Positions 11,748-24,375 of a DNA stretch of 64,000 nt are shown here, one piece after another. The notes beneath the pieces were generated by a model that searched no databases, was not told the origin of the DNA, and saw nothing but the letters and a program-made list of their open reading frames with translations. This DNA comes from Tubiluchus corallicola (Eukaryota > Animalia > Priapulida). Every line of letters begins with the position of its first letter. Within the stretch, counting starts at the first letter, position 1. The stretch lies in the NCBI GenBank assembly GCA_030141605.1, contig JAQGDQ010000139.1:310001-374000 (forward strand), in the 5' to 3' direction. Made by a program: the position numbers and the translations under genes.

Positions 11748-14700
11748 TTAATCAAACTCATTACTAGTAAATGCATCATCTCTATCATCAAGTTCTTCTG
11801 TTACACTTCGAATTTGACTAAGTTTGTTTTTTAGCAGCTGATAGTGTGCATCAGGGCTTAGTGCTTGGTTTTGATCTTGCTTATCACGTGCGCAATTGCT
11901 GACCTTCCTTAACTGTTTACCTTGTTTGATCATAAACATCAATTCATCCCAGCCACCTAAACATGTAACACGAAATGTAAACATACAAAGGTAAGATATC
12001 AAACACTATGAAATAAGATAGTATATAAGAAATAAACAAAGAAAATACCCTTTGGAGGTTCTGGTTCTTTTGGTTTTAAAGGTTCTGTCTTCTTTAACCT
12101 CTTGAGTGCATCTTGAAGCTCTTTCAATTCTGGCCTATGAGGACCACATACTTTGGTTTTCTCTTCCTTTACATCAAATTTTCTTGCTTTCTTTGTATTT
12201 GGTTCCTTTTCTACTGTTACTGGTTTATCATTTGAATGTGGCAGCAATGGCGGTGGCGGCGGTGGAGGAGGTGGCACAGGTGGTGCAGGAGGATTTGGTG
12301 GTGTCTGAGGCACTTGTGGCAAATCTCTTGAAGGTGAAGTGTTTGGAGAAATTACTAAAATGGATGGAGGTGAATCATCAGCAAAATGGTCAGTGTTAAA
12401 CTGCAGTGCACGGTCATCTGAGCGTCTTTTCTTTACTGCAGTTTTCTTTGCAGTGGCTGTTGGCATTGGTTCGGTAATATCACATATACTTGCATATACA
12501 GGTGTTGTTATTGTCGGTGGAGTTGGATATTTCTAGAAAACAAAAGATAAAATTACAAGTCGTTGTTATTACATACTGCTAATAAATGATCTTTACATTA
12601 GTTTCTTTTAGCCTCTAAAATGTTTGAATGTTTAGGCATTTGAAATGACTTTGGTGCAGATACATAATTTATATTATTACAGGTCGATCATACATAAAAC
12701 ATGCTCTCCATCTGTTATCAATTAATGACATCAACAATATGATAGTTACTGCCTACAGAAATTAAAAAAAAATCTGTTTCAAGAGACATTTCTACTGGTA
12801 CTATGGTAGCATGATTCTTTTAGGTGATTAGCTATACTAATATAAGATTTGGGTCACTATTTACTTACTTACTGTTACAGGGCAGCACACAAGTGCAACA
12901 AACTGATAATTTATCATTTAAATTATAATAATAAACCCTTATTAGAATAGCTTTTTTGCAACTTTATTGTAGTGAAACTGCCTCTAATATTAACATTATT
13001 AATCATGTCACATTTTGTTATAATACACAAAATATAATTTTCTTACAGAAAAGTATTTCTGCTTACTAATTTATATTTTTGGATCCTCTCAATGGTTTTT
13101 CTGCGTTCCTGTTGGATTCTCTGTTGCTTCTTCAAAAGTTCTTCTTTAGATTCATGGCACTTCTACAACAATAGATACAGTTGGATACGTATTTTTTTAG
13201 TATTTCAAAAAATGCTAGCATTTTTAATATAATATCATGAAAAATTCACACGAGAGCTTCCAATAATTAAGTTAAGCTTTTAATAGTTTTAAATGAATTT
13301 GCTAAGATTACAGATCAAATATTTTCAATGTATTTAAGCCCAAAAAAATACAAAAACGTATATGGTGTTGTTGCTTCTGCTTCTTACAGACTCTAACAAA
13401 GCTTCAATAAGTTTAAGGAATCAATATTCAAAACCTCCAACATTTTGCTAAAGCTTAGACATTTCGGTTCCATAACAATATTTACATTTAATAAATATTG
13501 TTGCTAGTCATTGGGAAGAGCCAATTAACTAAATTGCACAGCTGTAATAGAATTAATTTCCCACTTCATAGGGAACCATTTGGATAGTATACTTTTGCAC
13601 AATGCCCAAGTGATGCTGAAATACCACAAGCTAGTTATTTTATTGCTTTAAATTATGTTCTCTTAGTTTAATTTACCTTTACCCTTGTAACTCAAAATCA
13701 ACATTGCCACAACCATGTGCAGATTTTACATGAAATTCAGTCCTCAATCCCGGTGACAAAAGCTTCTGACAAATACAGATGCAAAAAAACTAATAATACA
13801 GGAAAATTATTATACTACTGTAATTAAAAGTACTGCATACCTTCTGTATACAGCGTTTAGAATACTTATCTTTCTCTGCTTGCATTTGAGTTTCCTTTGA
13901 CAGTTTTCCCTTTTCCAACTCATCCTATAAAAAACAGAAGTTGATTCCTAGGTGCAGAAGAAATTAAGTTTTCCCTTGCTCTTTTTTTCAGTCGACTTCT
14001 CTACCAGCAGCAAGCGTATACATTGTCCCTCAATGCTCAGTTAAATAGCTGAGTTGCATTATGGCGAGCAAATCTAATGTTTATAACCAACTTTTTAACC
14101 AACATTAAAATTCATCTACAGTAGGCACTACTTAATAGACTCACTTTGGGACGCAAGTGTTTTGACTCAGTTAATCGACTGAACCTATTAACCGATGGGT
14201 ATAGTATTACTGGTATACAAGTATGAGTCACCAGCTTACTATGCACTGTAAGGGGTTTTAATGAATTTTAGAAATGAAGTAATGCCTAAATTCCTTTCAG
14301 CAGTTAAAATTTTAAAATATTAATTTATGTAAGTAAATTAGCAATGAATTAAAAAAAGTATACTTTTTTAAATCACACAAGTCTGATTATTTGCAAAATT
14401 ACAAAAATTCCTTCAAAGTCGGCTGCTTCATTTTATCGCAAAGAAGTTGGTTCACAAAGTTCTCATAATGATAAAAACGTTGAAAATCTGTTGTTGTATG
14501 ATGCACAAATTCTTGTAAAATACTTAGTGCTTGGTGTGCTTAAACTGTTGGTGGTGCATGTGTTTCCTGGCAAGTAGCTTCATCTGTAGTTTCACCTAAG
14601 CTCCTGCTTGCTATTGTGACGTACTTTCTGTGCTATACCTGCATCCCTGGCATAACAGCAACATCTAACTGATTAAACTTTCTGTCAAAGACAGCCATTG

Positions 14701-17700
14701 CTTCGAAAGCAAATCGCTAAGCAAATGATTAAATGTTTAGCTTCCAGGAATTCTTGGGTAAACAAGATTAATTTGAATGGACGGTCGGGTCAAAGCAAAC
14801 CATTAGGCTAGCATATTAGCGTATGATAAACGTTCCTGCTTACAAACAATACGGTGCTTAACATGATTGTTTCTATGTATATTATAGGACAAAAGCGAAC
14901 TAAGATGATATAAAAGTCATAAAAGCTCATTAGTCACACGAAAGTGTCTTATTGAAGCCAGTGAAGCAAAAATATTGAATCAATTATGCGGAGTTATTTG
15001 AGTCAATTCCCAACCGTTTTTATGTACACTTGAATAGAAGCAGCCCGTACCAGGCATTTCTGAGTCAATTGAGCGACTGAGTTTATTAACCGTGAGTCTA
15101 TTATTAACCGAGAAGCAGCGCCTACTGTACTACTTAGTGTTTGATTATGTTCACAAATGTCAAATCAGTAAAATATAGACTAAATTCTGAGTGTAGAAAT
15201 ACTGCAAGTTGTGTTACCTTTTTATTTCTAATGAACAACTTTCTTCGGTAAAGTGATATTAGCTTTTGCTTTAGTTGTTGTACACGAGGATTTGCTTTAG
15301 CAGCCAATTCCTCTGCTTCTGTGAACTCTGGCGGTATCATCGACATATCATCAGTAGCGTCATAATAAACTGATTCATTAACTGAAATAACGTAAAATAT
15401 AGTTAAAGCAGCATTAATGCTTAGTTTATTGATAAAGTTGTTACAATAGTTATTGATAAAGCAAGATCTAAATGGAATTTGTTAATAAATGAAGCTTTCC
15501 ATATTAATAGATTGAAATCTAACCTGAAAACAAAATCAAGAGCTATACTTAGTATTTGGTTTTTGTAAAATTGTTAGTATATCAATGTCCTCAAAACAAG
15601 GATAAAAAATCTGATTAGAAAGTAAGAAATTTTAAAAGTTATTTAGAATGATCATTCAAGCTGAAGATGTTAGCATTTGCTAACGAAATATTCTCTATTA
15701 ATTTGTTTTGATATTTTAGATCAACACTCCCTAGGCGCCAAAGTTAGTTGTAATTTATTTACAGGTTGATGACAAAATATGAAATATGGCACAAGCAAAT
15801 TAAAATTAACTAGTAAAAAATCCATTTGCAGTTATTTAAAAAACAGTTCATAGTGCAGATTTGAACCATGAAAAATAAAAAATTTGTTTTTATTTACAGT
15901 AGCAAAGATCGCTTTGGTTTACAACCATTTTCATGGTGAAAATAAGGCCAAAAAATAATCTTTTGTAAATAAAACATTGTCTTTTCCTAAAGACAGCAGA
16001 AAGAAAAGAAACTGCATACCTTTCATTAATGTGAACAGGGACTGCAGTTCGCTTCGAGCACCCGCTTCATGCTCTTTTATGACTGACAAACGAATATCAT
16101 ATATTTTTACTTGTTGTTGATAGATGGCATTCTCCATCATTTCAACTTTGGCCACAACATCATCTTTATTTTCCAAACTGACTAGCTGTATAACAAAATT
16201 AATTTCAGTTTTGCATGGAAAACAAGATTCACATTAAATATTTTTTTCAGTATTCTTTAAGATGCAACTACTTTTTCAAATTCAAAACAATGGTGATAAA
16301 TTAGTTAATACTTAGTATGTAATAACAAAATTACCGTAATGTAGAAATAAGTCTTAAAAACAAGAATGATAGCGTGCAGTTGATACCTGCTAACTACATT
16401 ACAATCAATCAGTGATTGCTAAAGGTGGAAGTGATAATTAATTTACAAGACTGTCACCATAATTCATCGTAGGTAACTCTTTAGTCCTTTAGTTTAAATT
16501 AGGGGGCAAGTAACTTGGGTTAATTCAATAAAATTTACATTAAAAACTTTCCTACCTAGCATCCATACAATTTGTGAATAATCTGCTAATATAATAAGAC
16601 AGAAAACAAAAGAATTACTTCTTGTTCCATTTTATCACGCTGATGTTCATAGAGTTTGCGAGTAGCATTGAGTAAATGAAGTTTTTCAGCAGAAACTCTT
16701 GACTCAATCTGCTTCAGTCGATCATCATATAACTCGGAATCCTCAGAATATTTTACATGACTAGTAATCATTCTGTCTCTTTGATCTAGACAAAGAATGA
16801 TAAAAAAATATTTTTTAACATATATTATACTTCTTGTTAAATTTGACAACAATTTCACCTCAATGCAGCAAATCACGAACAAATGAATCACAAGGCCGAC
16901 AAATTCTGGGCAAAAAGAATGTAATCAACTTTGATGTTTGCCAGTCTGTTTTATAAACCAGTAATGATGTATTTTTACCAGATGACAAAATTGTTTGCAA
17001 GTTTAAACTTACCTATGAGTATATCATAAGTACGAGTATAATACTTCACATATAAATCAGTAATAACATCATAAGCATGGGTATACTGTTCTTTCCACTC
17101 ACAAAACACTATGCTATATTGGTTCTTAACCCTCTCTCCAACTTCACCGCTGCTTAGAATAAACTTTGCTTCACGAATTTTGCCAAGAGCAACCTGAAAA
17201 TTGTAAAAATTGGGTACAAGTTTTCTCAACATTTTAAGTTGTAGATTTCAGATTTTGCTAAAGTATTGTAGACTATAGTTATACTTTTTACACAAAATTA
17301 AGTAAAAATGGGATGACAAATTTAATTAATTAATACTTAAAGAAAAGAGCGAGTCACTCAGCACGTTGGGTTTACTTTAATATTATCACTTAAACTTACA
17401 AAAATATTACAAAAAAAATTGCAAAAAACTGTATGTAAAACACATATTTAATTTATCCTACCATCACATAGAAATTTTCAGGTATGGTGGTAGTCACCAT
17501 TCAGTTGAAAATTATGATATGACAGGTGGACTTCATGACTTTTCGTAAGTGCATCCTAACTTTCCGTAAATGCACGTTGCTTAAACTAACTCAAACTTCT
17601 GTAGCTTATCTAATGTTCATGCACAAACATTACAAATTAGCTATCTATTTTTTTCTAAAAACTTGTTACACTTGTTGAAGACTGACAGTGCACTTCTTTT

Positions 17701-19906
17701 CTTGAACAGCAGACAAATGAAGTCATTGGTGGAAGTATGCGCATCCCAAATGGAAGCACCCACATACGAAATGATTGCGACTCAAAGTGATTTTACTAAT
17801 TACACCAGATGCTTATCACACTTTTATTACTAAATTCTTCTAACATTTTCTGTGAACATAGATAAGAGCCCAACTTCCCAAAAAGTATAGTATTGCTTAA
17901 CACTTACACAAACTATGCCATTAGGACATAGAGGCTTTCCTCCTGCACAAAGGCTGGGAAAGCATACACTCTATACAATTTGGTTGCTGTAATGACAGAG
18001 ACGTTTCCAACAGAAAACTATGCCATTAGGACATACAGGCTTTCCTCGTGCACAAAGGCTGGGAAAGCATACACTCTATACAATTTGGTTGTTGTAATGA
18101 CAGACATTTCCAACAGAAAACTATGCCATTAGGACATAGAGGCTTTCCTCGTGCACAAAGGCTGGGAAAGCATACACTCTATACAATTTGGTTGCTGTAA
18201 TGACAGAGACGTTTCCAACAGAAAACTATGCCATTAGGACATAGAGGCTTTCCTCGTGCACAAAGGCTGGGACAGCATACACTCTATACAATTTGGTTGC
18301 TGTAATGGCAGAGACGTTTCCAACAGAAAACTATGCCATTAGGACATAGAGGCTTTCCTCGTGCACAAAGGCTGAGAAAGCATACACTCTATACAATTTG
18401 GTTGCTGTAATGACAGAGACGTTTCTAACAGAAAACTATGCCATTAGGACATAGACGCTTTCCTCGTGCACAAAGGCTGGGAAAGCATACACTGTATACA
18501 ATTTGGTCTTTCCATTAAACAGTAAACTCTGCCTTGCACGGATACATGCTACTAAGAAAGAAAATGGACGAAAGTTTAAATAATCTACTCATACCATACA
18601 AAAGAGGAAATAAAATGACTAACCTCACGAAGATCAAGGAATGGCTGAAGCTGAATATTGTACAATTCTGCTAAAGCTACATGTAAATCAGCTATTGCAT
18701 AATCCTCTCTTGCATACCATTCTTTCGAAGTAAACAAATGTTTTTTTTCATGAATGACGTATTTTAACCTTTCTTCTGCATTAATTACTGACTTCTGATA
18801 AGCCTTTAATCTTAATTCACCCACGTCTTCTAGATATTCATCCATGTTAAACTCTTCGAACAATGTCTTAATCAAAAGTCTTTCGCCACAAATTTCTAAT
18901 GCAATTTCCAGATAAAGCTGAAGCTGCTCACAAAAGTTCTGAGGAACAGAAGTTGTATAAAACAATGCCCACAATCCGTAATACTCCAATGGAAGTTCAG
19001 GAAGATATGGTTGCAATATGGGATGTAGTAGGCAAAGCTGTTGGTGCATAGTTCGTAAATCCTGTACACTAAACATTCCAGTCCAACTGTTATCATTTTC
19101 AGCCTGGACAGTGCGGTGCCTTTCACGGCATGTGACTGCTACTTTATCATGGAGACTGTTCCATGCCACAAAGAAATAAAGCTTTCGCTTGGGCATATCA
19201 TTCGTAAAAGCATTAGGTTTAATGGCAACCCAGTCCGTCAAGCTGCCATATGGTGATTCCTTTTTAAAAAATACAAAGTTCAAAACTGTATAAAGACATA
19301 AAATTTTAATGTAGACATTTTCAACAGTTTTCCAAAAAGGAAATACCAATTTATTTTTCTAACTTCAAATAAATCACAGTGGACAGCAAACATTGTTAAA
19401 TAAAATTTTAGATCAGTTTGAGTTACTAAAATGCAGAAATGATTAAGAAATGCACTTCTCAGATTTTTAAAAATAACTTTATAATAATCAAAGATGTATA
19501 TGTAGAACACTAATTTAAAAATGCAAGGTTTCTGCTTGCTCCTGGCATTCTCAATGATACATGCAAAAAAATATTGTCACCAGTCACCATAGAAAATGCA
19601 TGGAGAAAAGTGAGTCATCTGGCTTTTAAATTAGTATAAATACGTATTTCTGATTTTAATAAAACTTATATTTCATAAATTATAAGTAACATAATAGCAC
19701 TGTATACAGTTTTTTCGCGATGACTTTGAGCTATTAATCTATGAAACACAATGAGGCATTTTATCAACAGAAACATCAAAACAGAGGATGCAATTCCAGG
19801 TGCAACAGTAAAAGAATAAAAGAAAGTGAAAGTCCCAATCAGCCTTCTCAAACGACTGCTTGAAGAGAATTCCATGAAAATATTATGACATAAATCTTAC
19901 CTCCAT
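11748..19906 (-). CDS. JMY/WHAMM-family actin nucleation-promoting factor, 730 aa. Exons 19901-19906, 18624-19259, 17013-17193, 16619-16785, 16020-16185, 15218-15381, 13841-13924, 13067-13162, 12049-12532, 11748-11956
   Basis: All junctions are GT-AG and in phase (2193 nt including stop). The N-terminus (DWVAIKPNAF...LYFFVAWN...KVAVTC) matches the WHAMM/JMY N-terminal domain. Coiled-coil exons (VYYD; QERRKTIERI), poly-Pro, two WH2-like motifs (LKRLKKT; WDELMFMIKQGKQLRKV), a central helix and an acidic tail follow. The 6-nt first coding exon is the least certain part. Confidence 0.88.
14119..15127. mobile_element. Non-autonomous pogo/Tigger-like (Tc1/mariner superfamily) DNA transposon in a JMY/WHAMM intron
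   Basis: TA|CAGTAGGC...TAATAGACTCAC at the left end and GTGAGTCTATTA...GCCTACTG|TA at the right form imperfect TIRs with a TA target duplication. An internal minus-strand remnant KQPTLKEFL resembles pogo-type C-termini. Confidence 0.65.
17911..18508. repeat. 105-bp tandem repeat, about 5.7 near-identical copies
   Basis: The unit aactatgccattaggacatagagg...gtttccaacagaa starts at 17911, 18016, 18119, 18224, 18329 and 18434. Confidence 0.95.
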
Positions 19907-21922
19907 TATAGTGTTGTGTTACAAATGTGTTCTCAGTGACATATGCATAAATCTGTCAAACTAATCAATTAATAGCATGGTTTTGTTATCTTCTATAGTC
20001 TTTAGCTTCAAGTAGCTGAAAAACAATCAACACTATATATGCATTGTTTACCACAGCTTACATATGAGTCGACTCCAAACTAATTAGTTGAAGTTGACAG
20101 TTTTGTTGAAATAAATGAGTTAGACAACCATTCTTTGGCTTTTGATTTCTTAAACTAAATAAAACTAAAACATGGAAAAAATAATTTAATCATTAGCAAT
20201 TTCTAAATTATTTCAGCCAATCATTACATATATTCTTGTGCCCGACATCTCCATAACTTTCTAAAACACAAAAACCTTGGTCGCTTTGACAACACATTTA
20301 TTTAACTTCTTTTATGACTGACGACAACTCACAACAACCGCAACGTCCATTATGATGTTTAACCTAGGAGCATGTAATTTTAGTACAGCCACTGTTTATT
20401 TTACGTATCGCCTGAATGGATCATTTTTTTCCTGTGATAATGAGCTAAAAGCACTTTCAATATCAACTTATGAAGTAAGGATTTGAAGGTATTTCAGTTT
20501 TAAAAGAAAAATATTAAGAATGGGCGCTAAGAGTGTCTGTTTAGATTAGACCTAATTTATTTGCCTCATTCCATTCACTAGAATTATGCACCATTTATTG
20601 ATTGTGCATAATTTACTACAACTACAGCTGATCAAGTGTAAATTGAACTGCTCCAAGTAGGGTAAGAAAGAAGTAATGCACTGAAAGCTTAAACAACTAA
20701 CGACAATAATACTGACAAAAGGAACAGAAGCTGAACGAACAATACCGAACAGAGCACTAATCTTTGAAAATAATAAACTCACCATCATTCCCTTCGTTCT
20801 TTGTTTACCAACTTTCCCACGTGATGTTGTTATAGTACAAGTTCAAGTCCCCGTTAGTGCTGCAATTCGATTCAATTCAGTTTAATTTGCCCAAACACAA
20901 TATACATTGGCAAAGCAATACACGTCAAATCACATGATTGCAGCAAATGAACAAAATGCAGTTAAATCATGAATGTAATAAGAAAAAAGTAAGCTTATAT
21001 TATGGAGTTAATCATACATACAGCAAATGAAATAGAAAAATGTTGTTAAAAAGAACAGAAGACAAGAAAAGTACTAAAAATATCCCGACCAAATATGCGA
21101 ACTTTTTTTGGGGAGCTAAGATGTGAGATTAATCATGAATATAAAAAATGAAACAAAACAAAAGATTAGAATTGATATAAAATGAAGGTTTACGAAGCAG
21201 TTTATCTGTTTTAACAAGAAAGTTTCTTGCTGAGTGTCGAAAATAAGCATAAAATTTAATAGAAATTTAATACAAAATAATATCAAAATATTAGCACTTT
21301 TGTTTTCATATGGCTATGTAGGATATGGGTCCAATAGAGTATTAGTACATTAATAAAATTTTAACAATAGGGACCAGATAATGAGAATTATAACAAACCA
21401 GTGTTTTACTATGCTGCAGTAATTGACTAATAAAACTAATAACTTCATATGAGTATGTGTGCAAAGATGGCGAATGTCTCTGGTAATTTTGTTTTATTAT
21501 AGTATATAATTAATGTGAACAGTGTCACACTATGTGGTCTGCAAAAAGCATCCGCTGCTGCCACAGCTTACTAAATTGAATTTAAATTGAATTAAATAAT
21601 TGATATCTATGCCATTGAATCTATATACCATTGAATGGTTTAGTGATGCTAGCCACTAGTAGGCATTGAACACGCCACTCTCATTGTACTTTTAAATTTG
21701 CTATTATTCCCCGATGCTATTACGTTACTTAGGAGACAATTATATGAATTAATTATTCGGTGACTGAAAAAATGTTTCGTAAATTGAATTAAATAAATAA
21801 TTCAAATGAACTAAAAATCACCAGACTAATTATGTTAGAAATCACTGAGTTCAATAAACAAATTGAGAAAAAACTGATTAATTTAGAAGCTTCGAATCAA
21901 CAGCTACGCCTATTTACAGACC

Positions 21923-21941
21923 GGTTTCGCAGCCATTTTGC
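21923..21941. promoter_or_regulatory. YY1-like promoter motif (TCGCAGCCATTTTG) upstream of the hnRNP M ATG
   Basis: GGTTTCGCAGCCATTTTGC; a 17/19 identical copy lies upstream of NDUFA11 at 50623-50641. Confidence 0.45.
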
Positions 21942-22013
21942 TTTATCGTAGTTTACCCAATTTGCTTTGTTTTGCTAGTAACTATCAAATCAAGTCTTCT
22001 CAGGTTTAATAAA

Positions 22014-24321
22014 ATGGGTGACGTCAAAAAAGAAAATGGGCTAGATAGCAAAACTAGGTCAGTTGTTATGGTTTAAATTATTTTATTTATTAAGTTTTCA
22101 ATCAGGACTCGGGTTGGCCTTGGTGCTATCTAAGGGGCCTGATGAGGTGCGTGCTGTAGTGTTAAAAATTGCACTCTCTAGTTAGTTTATTCATTGTTTA
22201 GTTCAATACCTATTGAACTATTATTCAAAAAGTTTCACATGTTTCTTGATTCTGGAAAATTGCCGTCAAGATCTTGGGAAAATGCATAAGGCGCTCTTTC
22301 ACCAGTATGGACATTGATGTGATGGCTGTCGTATTCAAAATCAAAACATTATCATAAGAACCAATACTCGACTACCGTAATATAGGTTGGTATCCTTCCA
22401 AACTTTAAGCAGTAAGCATATAGGGTGGAATCGGTTCTACAGAAAGTTACCAAGTTCCTAGTCAATAGTACCGTCAATCAGAGATTTATCGTACGCAGAG
22501 ATTGAAGTTACCATCCCCACACTTCAGAAGAAGAAGAGGTGACCATCAATTAGAGATATGTTGTATGCAGAGATTGCAATTACCATCCCTACAGTTCAGA
22601 AGAAGAAGAAGCAGTGACCAAGTCATGCTGTATCGTATCTATAACAAGTATGTAAGGATCGATAGCAGAAAATATTTCCCAGCAAGCCCTGTGGAATGGT
22701 ATATAAGATCACTAAATCTAGATGGAGAAACAAGAACATATTTATTTTCAGAGTGATTTAAGAGAGTTGAAGTGCTTTACTACATTTATATGAAGCACTG
22801 CATCAGCAGATAAATTCAAAAAAAAAATTAGGGAGGATGGTTGTAGTCCTTACTGAAAGTTTGACGAATAATGAATGTTATGGTGTTGTTAATAACTATT
22901 AATTGCAAATGTCGTACCTTGAATGATGTAGAACGATGTAAGATATATTATGAAAGATATAGGAAGTGCTTCTTCAGCTGTCATGAAATGTTTAACTGCA
23001 ATAAAACTCTAATACAATATTAGACTTTACAATATTTTGTTATTTTGCCAAATGTGCGACAATCTAAAAAAAATGATAAGATTAATGAAATTGCAGAATT
23101 ATGCAAACTGTTGCACTATTTAGAATCAACCCAAAAAAGTTTACCTTTTCAGTTTATCCGGTAGTGATGTGCGATTTTGAAATTTTATAATTCGATTATA
23201 AGCTAGTTCTTGTAACTTGATATCATGGTTAATCTTTTGTGGCAATTTTTTGTGTTTTAGCTATAGTTTTCACACATTGTAGCACTGTAATATAGGCTAT
23301 AAACTTCTACATGGCTTTCATCGCTGTCTGCCATTTTCGTACTCGCAAACAATTTTTATAGACATGCACATTCATTAACTACTCTATTACTACATCAACT
23401 ACACACGCTCACGTGAAAGCAAATAAGAAACCCCAGTTTGTAACACGGTTTTTTGCAATTATGTGCATTGTGTAAGGTGAGAAAAGTGAACAAGAAATGC
23501 AAGACTTCCATTTATTTATGTTAGAACACCGTCTTTTAGTCAGCGTGTAACACGTATATTAATCTCACTTAACTGAATTACTGTTCAATGGCTGATTATA
23601 CCGATTTATATGTGGTTGTAATCTCGATTAATGTATTAATCGCCCATCACTATTCTCTGGTTGACGTTGGGTGACCGGGAGCGCTAAAACGTTAAATTAC
23701 CCAGAAGTGATGGATCAAAAATTGACTGCCCAATAAATTCAATAGTTTGCTATAGAATTATTTGAAATTATGACAATGGATACAAGTTTGCAAATAACAT
23801 CAGGATAAAATCAAGTATCTCAAAAATTTTTGGTTGTTTTCACCTTATCAAGGCTACATACCTGATGATAAGGCCATAACAGCAAGTAAGTATTTAAGCC
23901 AAAATAAATATTGTTTGCATACACAGTATCTTGATGCATTCATAGAGGCTCATATTGGCTTTTAGACTGTTGGCTCTCCTTGCAGCTGTTCAAAGCTTAG
24001 TGTTATAGATCTATGTTCTTCATGATAAAAGACTAACATATTGCATATTTCCAAAAATCTTATTTTTAAAGGTTATATTTTTATGAAGGTCACGATCTCG
24101 CTCTCCCGCAAGGAAACGTGATGATAGGAAACCTCGGGATGATAGCAGACGAGACTCGCGAGATAGAGGTCGCAGTGACCGCTCTCGGCGAGATGGCGGT
24201 AGTGGAATTAATTATGACAGACGTGTATATGTGAGTAATATACCATATGATATGAAATGGCAAGATATAAAAGATCTCTTTCGTGAAAAAGGTAAGTTTT
24301 TGTAAAATAAACAGAAAAGTA

Positions 24322-24375
<54 letters not shown>

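Noticed and set aside
14400-14700. Possible extra JMY/WHAMM exon
   Set aside because: The flanking exons already join in phase and this stretch lies inside a TIR-bounded transposon.
17911-18508. CRISPR-like array
   Set aside because: Units are contiguous and near-identical with no unique spacers, there are no cas genes, and it lies in a eukaryotic intron.
22139-22180. CTGATGAG hammerhead ribozyme core (also CTGATGA at about 23862)
   Set aside because: No GAAA after a stem II and no stems I or III.
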